From: Gammaproteobacteria bacterium
Lineage (GTDB): Bacteria; Pseudomonadota; Gammaproteobacteria; SZUA-229
Direction of reading: 5' to 3'
NCBI GenBank assembly: GCA_026195895.1
Contig: JAPHRO010000042.1
Location: 19,086 to 83,085, forward strand
DNA: 64,000 nt
Part shown: positions 42,382 through 52,364 of the stretch, in pieces
Numbering within the stretch: the first letter of the stretch is position 1
How the letters are laid out: every line of letters begins with the position of its first letter
Translations under genes and position numbers: made by a program
Notes under the pieces: model-generated
Told to the model about the DNA's origin: nothing
The model's database searches: none
What the model saw: only the letters and a program-made list of their open reading frames with translations

Positions 42382-44232
42382 ATGCAAAACAAACAAAAAT
42401 TAATTAAACCAATCAGCGCCATGCTGTTACTGGCGTGTGGTACGCTGTCTCAACAGGCACAGGCAGCATTACCCGCCAATGCAGTTTTAAACTTCACCTC
42501 TGGCGTTGGCTCCTGCCAGGCGGGCGGAACCTATCCTGCCTGTAATTATGGTGCCACTACTGTTCTAACTGGCAGTTATTTTGCCATGGATCTAAACACG
42601 CCTATTGGTGTTTTTGCCGAAGAAGAACGAACACTCATTGAAACAGCCGGTACTGGCGTTACTTTGGATACAGCCCAGGTAGCAGGCGCCATTGATCTTG
42701 ACTGGTCCTTCGGCGGTAATTTGGGACGACACCTTACCCTAAACGCATTGGCATACACTTCAACAGGATCTAACACCTATAACATTAATATGGCCGGCTG
42801 GACTGTTAACTGGGGAACTGAAGGCAACATCGATATGGGTGCGGGTGCTGCTGCAGTATTAACTTGTGCGGTTGACTGTACTATAGGTGATACGTTTACT
42901 CTTGATTACACTGCAGTTGTGCCGACTGGCAGCTTCAGTGGCATCAATTACCAGTTATATCTTGAAGGCACCATAGGTGTAGACAATACTGCTCCCGTAT
43001 CAAACAATGTAAATATTTCAAGGTTACCTGCAGCAAGTCATACCTGGACACCTGATGTAAGTGATGCTGACATGAATACTTTAACTTGCAACATCGAAAC
43101 TCAAGGATCAAGTGGTACTGCTGCTGTACTATCTGACTGTAGCTCGGGTACATATACACCAGCATCAGGCGCAGGTTTCACAGGCGCAGATTCCTTTACA
43201 TATAGTTCCAATGATGGCTTCGTTGATTCAAATCCACATGGAATTGTTTCTGTTACAGTGTTAGCCGATCCGCCACCATCATGCCAAAATTTACCCGCTT
43301 TGCCTGGTTCAACAACGGCTGCGGGCGTAGCAACCAATGTTACTATTGATGTCACAACTGTTTGTACTGATGCAGCTGGCAGCATAGTCGCCTCAACCCT
43401 GGCCGTATCCAGTACCAGCACGAACAATGGAAATGTTTCTGTTGACCCGGGCACAGGCATTGTTACTTATACGCCAGCATTTGGTTTTGCCGGCACAGAC
43501 ACATTCACCTATACAGTACAGGATGACAATGCTGGCACCTCAACACCTGCCACAGTCACCATGACTGTAGAAACAAACAGCGCTGGTTCACCAACTTCTC
43601 CTGATGGCACACTCGCTTGTGGTACAACTGCAAACTCAGCAGGTAGCACATCATGTGTTGTAACGATGGAAAATATTGGAGTTAATGACAACGGCTTTAG
43701 TAGAGCCCAGGGAATAGCTCAATCTTGTGTAGGCGGCTGTTTTGATTTCACTGTCAGCGGACTAACAGCTGGTAGTGAAGCACGAATCATATTACCTCTA
43801 AGCACTGCAATTCCTGCAGCCGTTGCGGACGATGCCGGTCACAAAATTGTATATAGAAAACTAATGCCTTCAGGATGGCAAGACTTCGATACATCAGACA
43901 ATAATGCAATTGCATCAGCAGCAGGCAGTCCTTCAGGAGCTGATATTATTTGCCCACCCGCTGGAAATGCAAGTTATATATCTGGTCTAACTACAGGTGA
44001 CCGCTGCATACAACTGACGATAACTGATGGCGGCCCTAATGATGCAGATGGCACAGCAAATGGCACCGTGGTTGATCCTGGTGGTGTTAGTGAAACATTT
44101 TTCACCAGTGGAACAGACGGTTGCAGCATGTCTAAAACATCCGTAAATGCACGTGAGCGAGCTGACTGGTGGTTGGTTGCCGGCTTCTTAGGTCTATTGG
44201 GATTATTTAGACTTACACGCAACAAGGCATAA
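42382..44232 (+). CDS. surface protein with Ig-like (Big_9-type) repeats, choice-of-anchor-U-like domain and JDVT-CTERM-like sorting signal
   Basis: YTP..GF.G.D.FTY repeats x2; ITDGGPNDADGTANGTVVDPGG; C-terminus GCS...ADWWLVAGFLGLLGLFRLTR; CPBP protease 5 bp downstream. Confidence 0.72.
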   Translation: MQNKQKLIKPISAMLLLACGTLSQQAQAALPANAVLNFTSGVGSCQAGGTYPACNYGATTVLTGSYFAMDLNTPIGVFAEEERTLIETAGTGVTLDTAQVAGAIDLDWSFGGNLGRHLTLNALAYTSTGSNTYNINMAGWTVNWGTEGNIDMGAGAAAVLTCAVDCTIGDTFTLDYTAVVPTGSFSGINYQLYLEGTIGVDNTAPVSNNVNISRLPAASHTWTPDVSDADMNTLTCNIETQGSSGTAAVLSDCSSGTYTPASGAGFTGADSFTYSSNDGFVDSNPHGIVSVTVLADPPPSCQNLPALPGSTTAAGVATNVTIDVTTVCTDAAGSIVASTLAVSSTSTNNGNVSVDPGTGIVTYTPAFGFAGTDTFTYTVQDDNAGTSTPATVTMTVETNSAGSPTSPDGTLACGTTANSAGSTSCVVTMENIGVNDNGFSRAQGIAQSCVGGCFDFTVSGLTAGSEARIILPLSTAIPAAVADDAGHKIVYRKLMPSGWQDFDTSDNNAIASAAGSPSGADIICPPAGNASYISGLTTGDRCIQLTITDGGPNDADGTANGTVVDPGGVSETFFTSGTDGCSMSKTSVNARERADWWLVAGFLGLLGLFRLTRNKA

Positions 44233-44237
44233 AAGCC

Positions 44238-44768
44238 TTGAGCAGAAACACTCTGCTCATCATCAACGGCGCTGCCCTCACCGGCTGCGCCGTTTTTGAT
44301 TATGCCTGGCGTACAACATTAGTGACCAGTTTGATGTTGCTGCTGCCCTTTATTGACCGAACATGGTCATTACCTGAATTTCATATCAATAAAATAAAAT
44401 TGATATTCTGGTCAATAAGCATTGTATCAGGAATATTACTCGTTACATTCAAACCGGATTATGCAACCGCAGCACTTGCTACACTGGTATTAACGGCATT
44501 ACCGGAAGAATGGTTTTTTCGTAGCTATTTTATGATGCGTATTGAAAGAGCAGGATTGCAGCCATACCAAGCCAACATTATTACTTCTCTGTTCTTTGCT
44601 TTGCTTCACCTGCCCGCGCAAGGCTGGTTTGGTTTAAGTGTATTTATTCCATCTTTGATATACGGGTGGATATTTCAGAGGACTAAAGATATTGTGTTAG
44701 TAATTTTGTTACATGCGCTGTCTAATATAGTGTTTTTTATTTATATACGGGACTATCTAAACCTGTAG
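44238..44768 (+). CDS. CPBP-family glutamic intramembrane protease (JDVT-CTERM sorting enzyme, MrtJ-like)
   Basis: PEEWFFRSY, FALLH, HALSN motifs. Confidence 0.82.
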   Translation: MSRNTLLIINGAALTGCAVFDYAWRTTLVTSLMLLLPFIDRTWSLPEFHINKIKLIFWSISIVSGILLVTFKPDYATAALATLVLTALPEEWFFRSYFMMRIERAGLQPYQANIITSLFFALLHLPAQGWFGLSVFIPSLIYGWIFQRTKDIVLVILLHALSNIVFFIYIRDYLNL

Positions 44769-44884
44769 CTTATCTTTAAGAGAATGGTATATATGTTAAA
44801 TGCCTTGAAAAACATACGACACCACCTTGAAAACCTAACGACATTCGATCTACCATCAGAGCTACTCAGGGCTTAACATTAAAT

Positions 44885-45985
44885 CTATACCAGTTTCTTT
44901 GTTTTGATTTTACAATAAAGAATTTCGTATGTTGTAGTTGGGCCACAGCCAAATAACGGCGAGTTTCTCTGCTCTTCTATGTTACCACTACCGTGCAATA
45001 TTATTCTCACTGGTTCCAGCCCCTGTTTTGTTAAATACTCAAACAAAGCGGCCATCAAATTTATACGCCCTTCAAATTCTTTTAACGAATGCCCTGCACC
45101 AATTGAGATAACAAAATCAGATACAGTGTCCAATACTGGCGCGAGTTGAGTAAAATATTTTACTACATCCGGTATAATTTCATGATCAATACGAATTCCC
45201 GCGACCAAATTACATGGCCTCCAGTTTTTTTTATTCATCAGGCCGGGTATTTTTTTCATGGCACTATCTGCATTTTCATTAAGCGCCAATATCCACTCCG
45301 AATAATTACGATTAAATGACGTATAAAGCTCATCAAAGGCCGGATCATTATCAATTAAAACCACATTTTCTGGTCGGTTTATAGATTTTCCAAAAACAAT
45401 CATGTTATTGCTATTATCTAATATATTAACCTTCCGCCTTATTACAGGGTTCATGTGTATTCCATCAAGTTCACGATTGGCATTCCCAGCTGCAAACGAT
45501 AACTGCCTCTGGGTACTGCTATTAGATGATAACAGCCCCATCATACGCAGTATTTGCATTGACCTGACCACATCTGTTCTATGCACACGCGCTTGTAATT
45601 CATTAAGTTTATCTGCAGGCGCATCACTAAATTGAGATAAACCCTGACTTATCAGGGCATGCATACCTTGACGATTAATGGCATGTACTGGCAACTCCCA
45701 TCCATCAAATAATTCACAACAAGCGGCCAAATGCGAATAAAGAAATATTTTCTTTAATTCCGGTACCTGATTACTTCCATAAATAACATTTGTCCCATTG
45801 GACAATTTTTTTACAAACTTTTTACTATTAAGTCTTTTAGCCCTGTCTCGAATGAATAATTCATAATTTTCAAAATCTTCAAGAATTTTCGCCAACATGC
45901 CTGATTCGGCAATTGCTGCGAGGCCTTCACCATCGACATTAAAAGATTTTTTGAGATCTTCAAACATTTCCTTGCCTGTATTCAT
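44885..45985 (-). CDS. hypothetical protein, possible divergent class I SAM-methyltransferase fold
   Basis: QLSFAAG, VVLIDND, NLVAGIRIDH, LAPVL..DFVISIG, LTKQGLEPV appear in Rossmann MTase order (inference). Confidence 0.5.
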   Translation of the reverse strand: MNTGKEMFEDLKKSFNVDGEGLAAIAESGMLAKILEDFENYELFIRDRAKRLNSKKFVKKLSNGTNVIYGSNQVPELKKIFLYSHLAACCELFDGWELPVHAINRQGMHALISQGLSQFSDAPADKLNELQARVHRTDVVRSMQILRMMGLLSSNSSTQRQLSFAAGNANRELDGIHMNPVIRRKVNILDNSNNMIVFGKSINRPENVVLIDNDPAFDELYTSFNRNYSEWILALNENADSAMKKIPGLMNKKNWRPCNLVAGIRIDHEIIPDVVKYFTQLAPVLDTVSDFVISIGAGHSLKEFEGRINLMAALFEYLTKQGLEPVRIILHGSGNIEEQRNSPLFGCGPTTTYEILYCKIKTKKLV

Positions 45986-46054
45986 TTTGTTGCCTAATTA
46001 TTTGACCCTGAGAGGAGTATCTATCTTTGATGCGCCTTTATTATTTATAAAAAA

Positions 46055-47773
46055 CTAATCTGCCTTACCTATTTCATTCAATGATTGCAGAAGATATTTT
46101 TTCTGTTCTTTAAGTTTAGAATTGTCCATCGTTTTTACACGATGCAAAACCAATTCATAACCGGATAATTCAAAAATATCATCAAATTTAGTTTTATCTT
46201 CCTTATTCAATCCCCTGGCTGTACTTTTCACAGTAAACCTGGGCACATCTAGACGCGCTAGTATTGCTAATTCTTTTTTGGCAATATCTTGAGGAAGACC
46301 TTTTGAGAAGACAGATGGAAATTTATTACATAATTGATATATATAATCCACATATACCGCGCCATTTTTTAGTGCTGCTGGTACAACAGCAGAATGAATT
46401 ATATGCAAATAGGAACCTGTCCTGCGCATATTAAAACGCACATCAAGCTCTTTAAATTCATTTAATGGACTATCATCCGAAAGCAGATTTTCTTTTTTTT
46501 CCTGAATAAGCTTATAGGCATACTCAAAACCATCAATAACGAAGTCTCTATATTTATGTACACGTTGATATTTTTCATTTATAAAGGGCAGGGCCATGTT
46601 TTCATTTTCCGGATCAAAAAATCCAACCGCACTGATATCCCCTGTTTTTCCTGTACGCCTTTCCTCTATGATCGGAAACAATCTAGTACCAATAACTGAT
46701 TCATAATAATTATTCTGAATATCATAAATGGATTGATCTTTAAATTCGGCGTTATTTCTATCGACATATAGTGGATAAAATAACATTTCATGATCAATAA
46801 AAAAGGGGGCATTAGCATGAGCTATTAGATTGTCGTGGTGATAGTCTGATCCTCTAATAATATACAAAATAGCTCCGAACATGCCTATTCTTTGATAAAA
46901 TTGTTCTATGTCTTTTTCAGATTCGCAGGGTTTATTACTAATAAATTTGGACCAACCATAGGTAAGTTTATTAATTACAGGAACTGAACTCAATTTTAAT
47001 TCAGCTTTATTATCTTGCTCGTTAAACCAATCAACAAATTTCTTGAACGCATGCTCGGCAAGCATGTTCTTGGGTTTGTATACTATTTTGTTTTTATGAT
47101 CGAAACTGACAATTACCACAGTTTGACCGTATTCATGCGGATCAGACAAATCAAGTTGAAGTTCAGAAATAGTTTTAATAACTTCTTCACCAGTAATATT
47201 ACTATGCCTATCAAAAAACACCTGATCTAGTTGCGCATAATCAGCTATTAGTCGCTTGAACAATATTGATGTTGCCTGAATCCAGTAATTTGTATGCATT
47301 GCCAATAATCTTGCCAGCACATTATATTCTTTAAATAATCGTAATGGATTAGCATATATCTGTTTAATATACCCCTCAATATCCATACCAGAAAATTGAG
47401 AACTGTCTTGTTTTTCTTTATAGCTAATTGATATGGTATATGAACAAATATAAACCAGTTTTTTCGCTAGTTGATTTTCCAGATCCAGTTTGCATTTATC
47501 ATCAAGAGCCCCATAAAAGACACCAGACAATGATAATAACTCTATTGTGGCGACTTTTATAAAGGGCGTGATTAGTGCAATATAAAAATCATCATCATTG
47601 CCTTGCTTATATTTATTAGGACCGTTATAAGGGATTCTTTTATACTGCTCAATAGCCGACGATAATAATATCATCCATCGCGCAGTATTGTTACCATCTG
47701 GCACAGTTTCAAAAGGAAACCTTGAATTATTAATAATACCAAGATATTTTTTATTAAGTTTAATTTTTTTCAT
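46055..47773 (-). CDS. stand-alone LanM-type dehydratase domain (DUF4135), no LanC cyclase domain
   Basis: SDPH..GQTV, IVYKPK, DYHHDNLIA, IDHEMLF, VRFNMRRTGSY, E..L...DVPRF; protein ends where the cyclase would begin. Confidence 0.85.
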   Translation of the reverse strand: MKKIKLNKKYLGIINNSRFPFETVPDGNNTARWMILLSSAIEQYKRIPYNGPNKYKQGNDDDFYIALITPFIKVATIELLSLSGVFYGALDDKCKLDLENQLAKKLVYICSYTISISYKEKQDSSQFSGMDIEGYIKQIYANPLRLFKEYNVLARLLAMHTNYWIQATSILFKRLIADYAQLDQVFFDRHSNITGEEVIKTISELQLDLSDPHEYGQTVVIVSFDHKNKIVYKPKNMLAEHAFKKFVDWFNEQDNKAELKLSSVPVINKLTYGWSKFISNKPCESEKDIEQFYQRIGMFGAILYIIRGSDYHHDNLIAHANAPFFIDHEMLFYPLYVDRNNAEFKDQSIYDIQNNYYESVIGTRLFPIIEERRTGKTGDISAVGFFDPENENMALPFINEKYQRVHKYRDFVIDGFEYAYKLIQEKKENLLSDDSPLNEFKELDVRFNMRRTGSYLHIIHSAVVPAALKNGAVYVDYIYQLCNKFPSVFSKGLPQDIAKKELAILARLDVPRFTVKSTARGLNKEDKTKFDDIFELSGYELVLHRVKTMDNSKLKEQKKYLLQSLNEIGKAD

Positions 47774-47931
47774 GCCAAATAACTAATTTTATATAGACCA
47801 TATTTAATCACGAAATTTAAATAGCGGGGTGTATCTTTTTATTATTCAGTGCTCGGCCAAATTATACTTCTGAAGGAGTGGCTACATTCGTCACACATTT
47901 GTGTAAATTAACTTTCACGCTCACATACTTT

Positions 47932-50307
47932 CTACAATTTTTTTATAATCAGTTCTGCTTCTTCATGCCCCTGAAACTTTCTGCCACTTTCAAGCGCTTT
48001 CCCCAAAAAAACTCTAGCGGCATCCTGATTTCCAATTTTGTAATATGCCATACCAAGGTGATATTGAAATATAGGAATATCACTCGCTTTTTCCACTACT
48101 TTCTCAAGAATTGGTACCGCTTTGTCAATCTCACCGGTTTTATAATAAATCCAGCCTATCACATCTAGAAACCCAGGATTTGTTGAATCTTCAAAGGGCA
48201 TAGCAAGTTCTTTTGCTCTTTTCAGACTTTCTGCATCACCTTTTCTGTCTGCCAAAAGAAGCGCAAGATTATTTACAGCCAAAGTATTACTGGAATCAAT
48301 AATCAGAATTTTATCATAGATATTTATCGCCTTTTCATGATCATCCTGACGCTCATAAATTTTCGCTAACTTTGCCATAATCTGAGTATCTTTCGGCAAA
48401 ATTCCGAGAGCCTGTTGATAAATACGAATAGCACCACTTTCATTTCCTTGTTTAAGATAAAGATTCGCAAGACTTATATAAGGTAATGACCATTTGCTGT
48501 TTAATTCAATGGCTTTATGTATTGCTTTTTCTGCCTCCGAATTCTTCTTCTGCGCCAGATAGACTTCACCCAATAACTCATAAGGTATTGCATTTTCTGC
48601 ATGCTCCTTAATCAGCGCATTCAATCTATTAATTGCATTATCGTACTGCTTTAGTTGTAAATGAAGTTTAATAATGGTTGCCATCAATGGCAATAATTTA
48701 TTTGATCTTTTTAGCGCAGCATCATACTCTGTGAAAGCCTTCGGAAATTGCTTTGTAGCGGCATAATAATCCCCCTTCAATTGGTAGCCGTCGGGTCTTG
48801 CTGGATGTGTGGACTTGATTGTATCAATCATTTCACTTACTTCATCCATATCATGCCTGGCTATTGCATATTTTACCTTCATCTTTAATGCATCAATATG
48901 TTTGGGCGAAACTGTCAGTAATTTATTGATTTCTTTTTCAGCTACATCAAGCCTCCCTGCTTTTTGCAAATAATTTGCATAGTTTATATACATCTCTGGA
49001 TTACCAGGCGAATCAGTAATCCCTCTTCTCAGTACTTCCTCAGCCAATTCCGGTTCATTGTTTTTCATGTGTGCAACTGATAATAATGATACAGCTTTGA
49101 CTAAACCCGGCTGATGCTTAATAACAGTTCTAAATGAGCTAATAGCAACGTTGTAGTCCTTCTGGTCAAAAGCGACTCTCCCCTTCATAAATAACGCATC
49201 ATTATCACCCGGATTAGTATCCAGAACTTCCTTAATAAGCTGGCTTGCAACATCAGGATCTTTTTGTTTTAAAGCTATTTTAGCCAGTTTATTTCTTGCC
49301 TTAAGACCATTGGGCTTATAGCCATCAAGTTTGATAATTTCCTGATAGACGTCCACTTCTTTTCCAGGTCTCATTGTTTTATACAGCTCAGCCAATACAA
49401 AGCGCAATTTGAACAATTCAGGATTTTTTTCGATGGCCGATAGCAACGTTTTTTCTGCTCCTTTTACATCTTTGCGCTTAGCCTGGAATTCAGCTAAATA
49501 CAAATACCCTTTCTCATCATATGGATTTATAGATATAATATTCCGAACAGCCTGCTCCGCCTTGTCAAGCTCATCACGTCGTGTATAAAATGAGGCCAGA
49601 TTGATATGAGAAGAAATATTTTCAGGGTCAAGAGAGATAATATCTTTTAATACTATTTCTGCATTTTTATAATCTTTTATCCTGGCATAAACCTCTGCCA
49701 GCTGAACTCTCAGGCTTTGCTCATGCGGCAAAGAATTTATGCCTTTTTTTAGAACTTCGATCGCCTTATCATTTTCTCTGGCTTTTGTATAAAGCACCGC
49801 AAGGGTACGAATTGCATCAATTTGAGCGGGATCTTCTGTAAGAAGATTTTTTGCATAAGGTATTGCTTCTTTATCATTTGTCTGGAACATTACAAACAGT
49901 TTTAGCAGCTTTCCATCCATACTTTCTGGATCAATCGAAACAATCACATCTAAAATTTCTTTTGCCTTGTCAACATCCCTGCTTCTTAGGTAAATCCGTG
50001 CCAGTTTTGCCTGTGCTTTCGTATGAGTTAAATCAAGCTCTACCGCCTGCTTATAATTGGCAAAAGCCTGACGTAAATTTTGGCGTTGTTCTTCAAGCAA
50101 TCCCATCATGTAATAAGCTTCAGAATATTTTGGATCTATCTGTAATGTATTTTTAAACTCTATCCTGGCTTTGTCATAATTGCCTTCCTTAAAGTAAGCC
50201 CTGCCCTTCTCCAGATAAGACTCTTTACGCGCATCTTCACCACTGCAACCTAATAGCATAATAGCCAAACAAACAATTGAGATTAATCTAAGTTTAAGAA
50301 ATCTCAC
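47932..50307 (-). CDS. TPR-repeat lipoprotein, PrsT-like (copy 1)
   Basis: Lipobox LLGC, many TPRs, NNLA..L and YHLGMAY C-terminal motifs; in the prsKR locus. Confidence 0.82.
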   Translation of the reverse strand: MRFLKLRLISIVCLAIMLLGCSGEDARKESYLEKGRAYFKEGNYDKARIEFKNTLQIDPKYSEAYYMMGLLEEQRQNLRQAFANYKQAVELDLTHTKAQAKLARIYLRSRDVDKAKEILDVIVSIDPESMDGKLLKLFVMFQTNDKEAIPYAKNLLTEDPAQIDAIRTLAVLYTKARENDKAIEVLKKGINSLPHEQSLRVQLAEVYARIKDYKNAEIVLKDIISLDPENISSHINLASFYTRRDELDKAEQAVRNIISINPYDEKGYLYLAEFQAKRKDVKGAEKTLLSAIEKNPELFKLRFVLAELYKTMRPGKEVDVYQEIIKLDGYKPNGLKARNKLAKIALKQKDPDVASQLIKEVLDTNPGDNDALFMKGRVAFDQKDYNVAISSFRTVIKHQPGLVKAVSLLSVAHMKNNEPELAEEVLRRGITDSPGNPEMYINYANYLQKAGRLDVAEKEINKLLTVSPKHIDALKMKVKYAIARHDMDEVSEMIDTIKSTHPARPDGYQLKGDYYAATKQFPKAFTEYDAALKRSNKLLPLMATIIKLHLQLKQYDNAINRLNALIKEHAENAIPYELLGEVYLAQKKNSEAEKAIHKAIELNSKWSLPYISLANLYLKQGNESGAIRIYQQALGILPKDTQIMAKLAKIYERQDDHEKAINIYDKILIIDSSNTLAVNNLALLLADRKGDAESLKRAKELAMPFEDSTNPGFLDVIGWIYYKTGEIDKAVPILEKVVEKASDIPIFQYHLGMAYYKIGNQDAARVFLGKALESGRKFQGHEEAELIIKKL

Positions 50308-50782
50308 TTTTATCCTCCAGGTGTTACTAGAAAAACATTTTTGTATTATAAATATCTCAGCGGAATTTTAGGCGGGAAAAATAAACGCAATAAAGAGATA
50401 ACATCAGGGTTAAAATGAATAAAAATCGCCGTATTTTCCACACTACCTAATTAATAATTTCCTTATTTAAATCAGGTACTAGTGATATTTTTTATTCACT
50501 TTTATGAACATAACTTTTTATATAAATTTTCAAAGCCCACTATAATATTTTAGCGACGACTAAATACCTATTTTTCCAGCCCTTCATCACAGGCATGCAT
50601 TGTTGGATTCTGGACTTTAAATATTCCAATCCAATATTTTCTATCCTGCCCAGCTTAAATAACTCTTATAGACACATTCTTAGAGATGCGTATTCTAATG
50701 CTAATTTACCAGGGTCTTTTGTATTTCTTTCCATGCTAATACCGTATTGCAGCACCTCTGGAACTCCCAGCTTCCGTATAAC

Positions 50783-52141
50783 CTAAACACTAATATTTAA
50801 TTTTTGAATTAAATCATAAAGTGTTGGACGACTCACCCCCAACAATTCAGCTGCTGGTGCGACTTTACCATTAGTATTATTCAAAGCTCGCTGAATTACT
50901 TCCCGCTCAGCAGCTTCACGAACTTCTCGTAAGTCAAAAGAGTGGCTACCCGATTCTTTTTCTGCTACATCAAGCTCAAGATCTTCAGCAGTTATGTGTT
51001 TTCCATCAGCCATAATAACTGCACGCTTAATCCTGTTTTTTAATTCACGCACATTACCCGGCCATTCATGGGCATCAATTGCAACTAGCGCATCTTTAGT
51101 AAAACCTTTTAATCTTTTGCCCTGCTCTTCATTCATTTGGTCAAGAAATGCACGGGCTAGCAGCAATACATCCCCATCTCTATCTTTAAGCGGCGGAATA
51201 TTTATTGGGATTTCGTTAATACGATAATAAAGATCTTCCCTGAACTCTCCTTTTTCGATTTTATCTTCCAGATTCTGGTGGGTGGCACAAATAACACGCA
51301 CATTGACCGGTATTTCTTCACGACCACCGATACGTTCTACTACACGCTCCTGTAAAAAACGTAATAATTTGGCCTGCAACGGTAAGGGCAACTCACCCAT
51401 TTCATCTAAAAATAAAGTGCCACCTTCTGCGTATTCAATTTTTCCTGGTGTGGTTTTTGCGGCACCGGTAAACGCACCTTTTTCATAACCAAACAGTTCA
51501 CTTTCCAGCAGATTTTCAGGTATGGCTGCACAGTTAATAGCTACAAAACGCCCGCTTATGGAAGGGTTTTTCCCATGCAATGCACGGGCACATAATTCTT
51601 TACCTGTCCCGCTATCACCTAACAATAAAACGGTGGCATCTGATGGAGCGACTTTTTCTACCCTTTGACATACCGTCTGCATCTGCGGACTACTGGACAC
51701 CAGACCTTCCATCGGCATATCGACTTTATGCATGCTAAGTTTGCGATTTTCTTCTTCTAACTCATACACATGATAAGCACGATTAACTATCTGGTTTAAT
51801 ACATCTGAATCAATAGGTTTCTGATAAAAATCATAAGCGCCAGAGGCTACTGCAGCGACAGCATTCTCACGCTCATCATTACCACTAACAATAATGACCT
51901 TTGTATTAGGCGCAACAGATAAAATTTGTTCCAGGGTAGCTAATCCTTCTGTACTTCCATCCGGGTCTGGAGGTAAGCCAAGATCAACCGTTGCCACGGG
52001 AGGATGATGTTTTTTGATTTGTTTAATTGCTGATTCCCGGTCACCGGTAACAATAACTTCGAAATCTTCGAAGCTCCATTTCATTTGCTTTTGTAGACCG
52101 GGATCGTCTTCTACCACGAGTACTTTTTTGTTGTTTTCCAT
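50783..52141 (-). CDS. prsR: sigma54-dependent response regulator PrsR
   Basis: Receiver DLGLPPDPD, GDSGTGKE, GAFTGA, GNVRELKN, HTH GVSRPTLYDL; start MENNKK. Confidence 0.9.
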   Translation of the reverse strand: MENNKKVLVVEDDPGLQKQMKWSFEDFEVIVTGDRESAIKQIKKHHPPVATVDLGLPPDPDGSTEGLATLEQILSVAPNTKVIIVSGNDERENAVAAVASGAYDFYQKPIDSDVLNQIVNRAYHVYELEEENRKLSMHKVDMPMEGLVSSSPQMQTVCQRVEKVAPSDATVLLLGDSGTGKELCARALHGKNPSISGRFVAINCAAIPENLLESELFGYEKGAFTGAAKTTPGKIEYAEGGTLFLDEMGELPLPLQAKLLRFLQERVVERIGGREEIPVNVRVICATHQNLEDKIEKGEFREDLYYRINEIPINIPPLKDRDGDVLLLARAFLDQMNEEQGKRLKGFTKDALVAIDAHEWPGNVRELKNRIKRAVIMADGKHITAEDLELDVAEKESGSHSFDLREVREAAEREVIQRALNNTNGKVAPAAELLGVSRPTLYDLIQKLNISV

Positions 52142-52364
52142 ATTAAATATTTTGTAATAAATTTCGACAAGTTGATGAGTGTGCACTAGAAATAGCGCTA
52201 TCGCAAGGTTATATAGAAAAATTAATTTTTAGTTAAAAAACAGATAGTTAGATTATGAATATTTTAATTTTTTCATTTAATTGGACGACTAAAGATCCAC
52301 TTACATTCAATTAAATAACTAGATGATATTCTTTATATAAGATTATTTTATAAGCAAATACTAA

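Noticed and set aside
44885-47931. Complete class II lanthipeptide gene cluster
   Set aside because: No cyclase domain, no transporter/peptidase LanT, and no Ser/Thr/Cys-rich precursor ORF with an RBS found in the flanking intergenic regions I read.
50590-50786. Small ORFs between prsR and the TPR gene as RiPP precursor
   Set aside because: The 63-aa plus-strand ORF and a 22-aa minus-strand ORF (MERNTKDPGKLALEYASLRMCL) lack leader motifs and a well-placed RBS.
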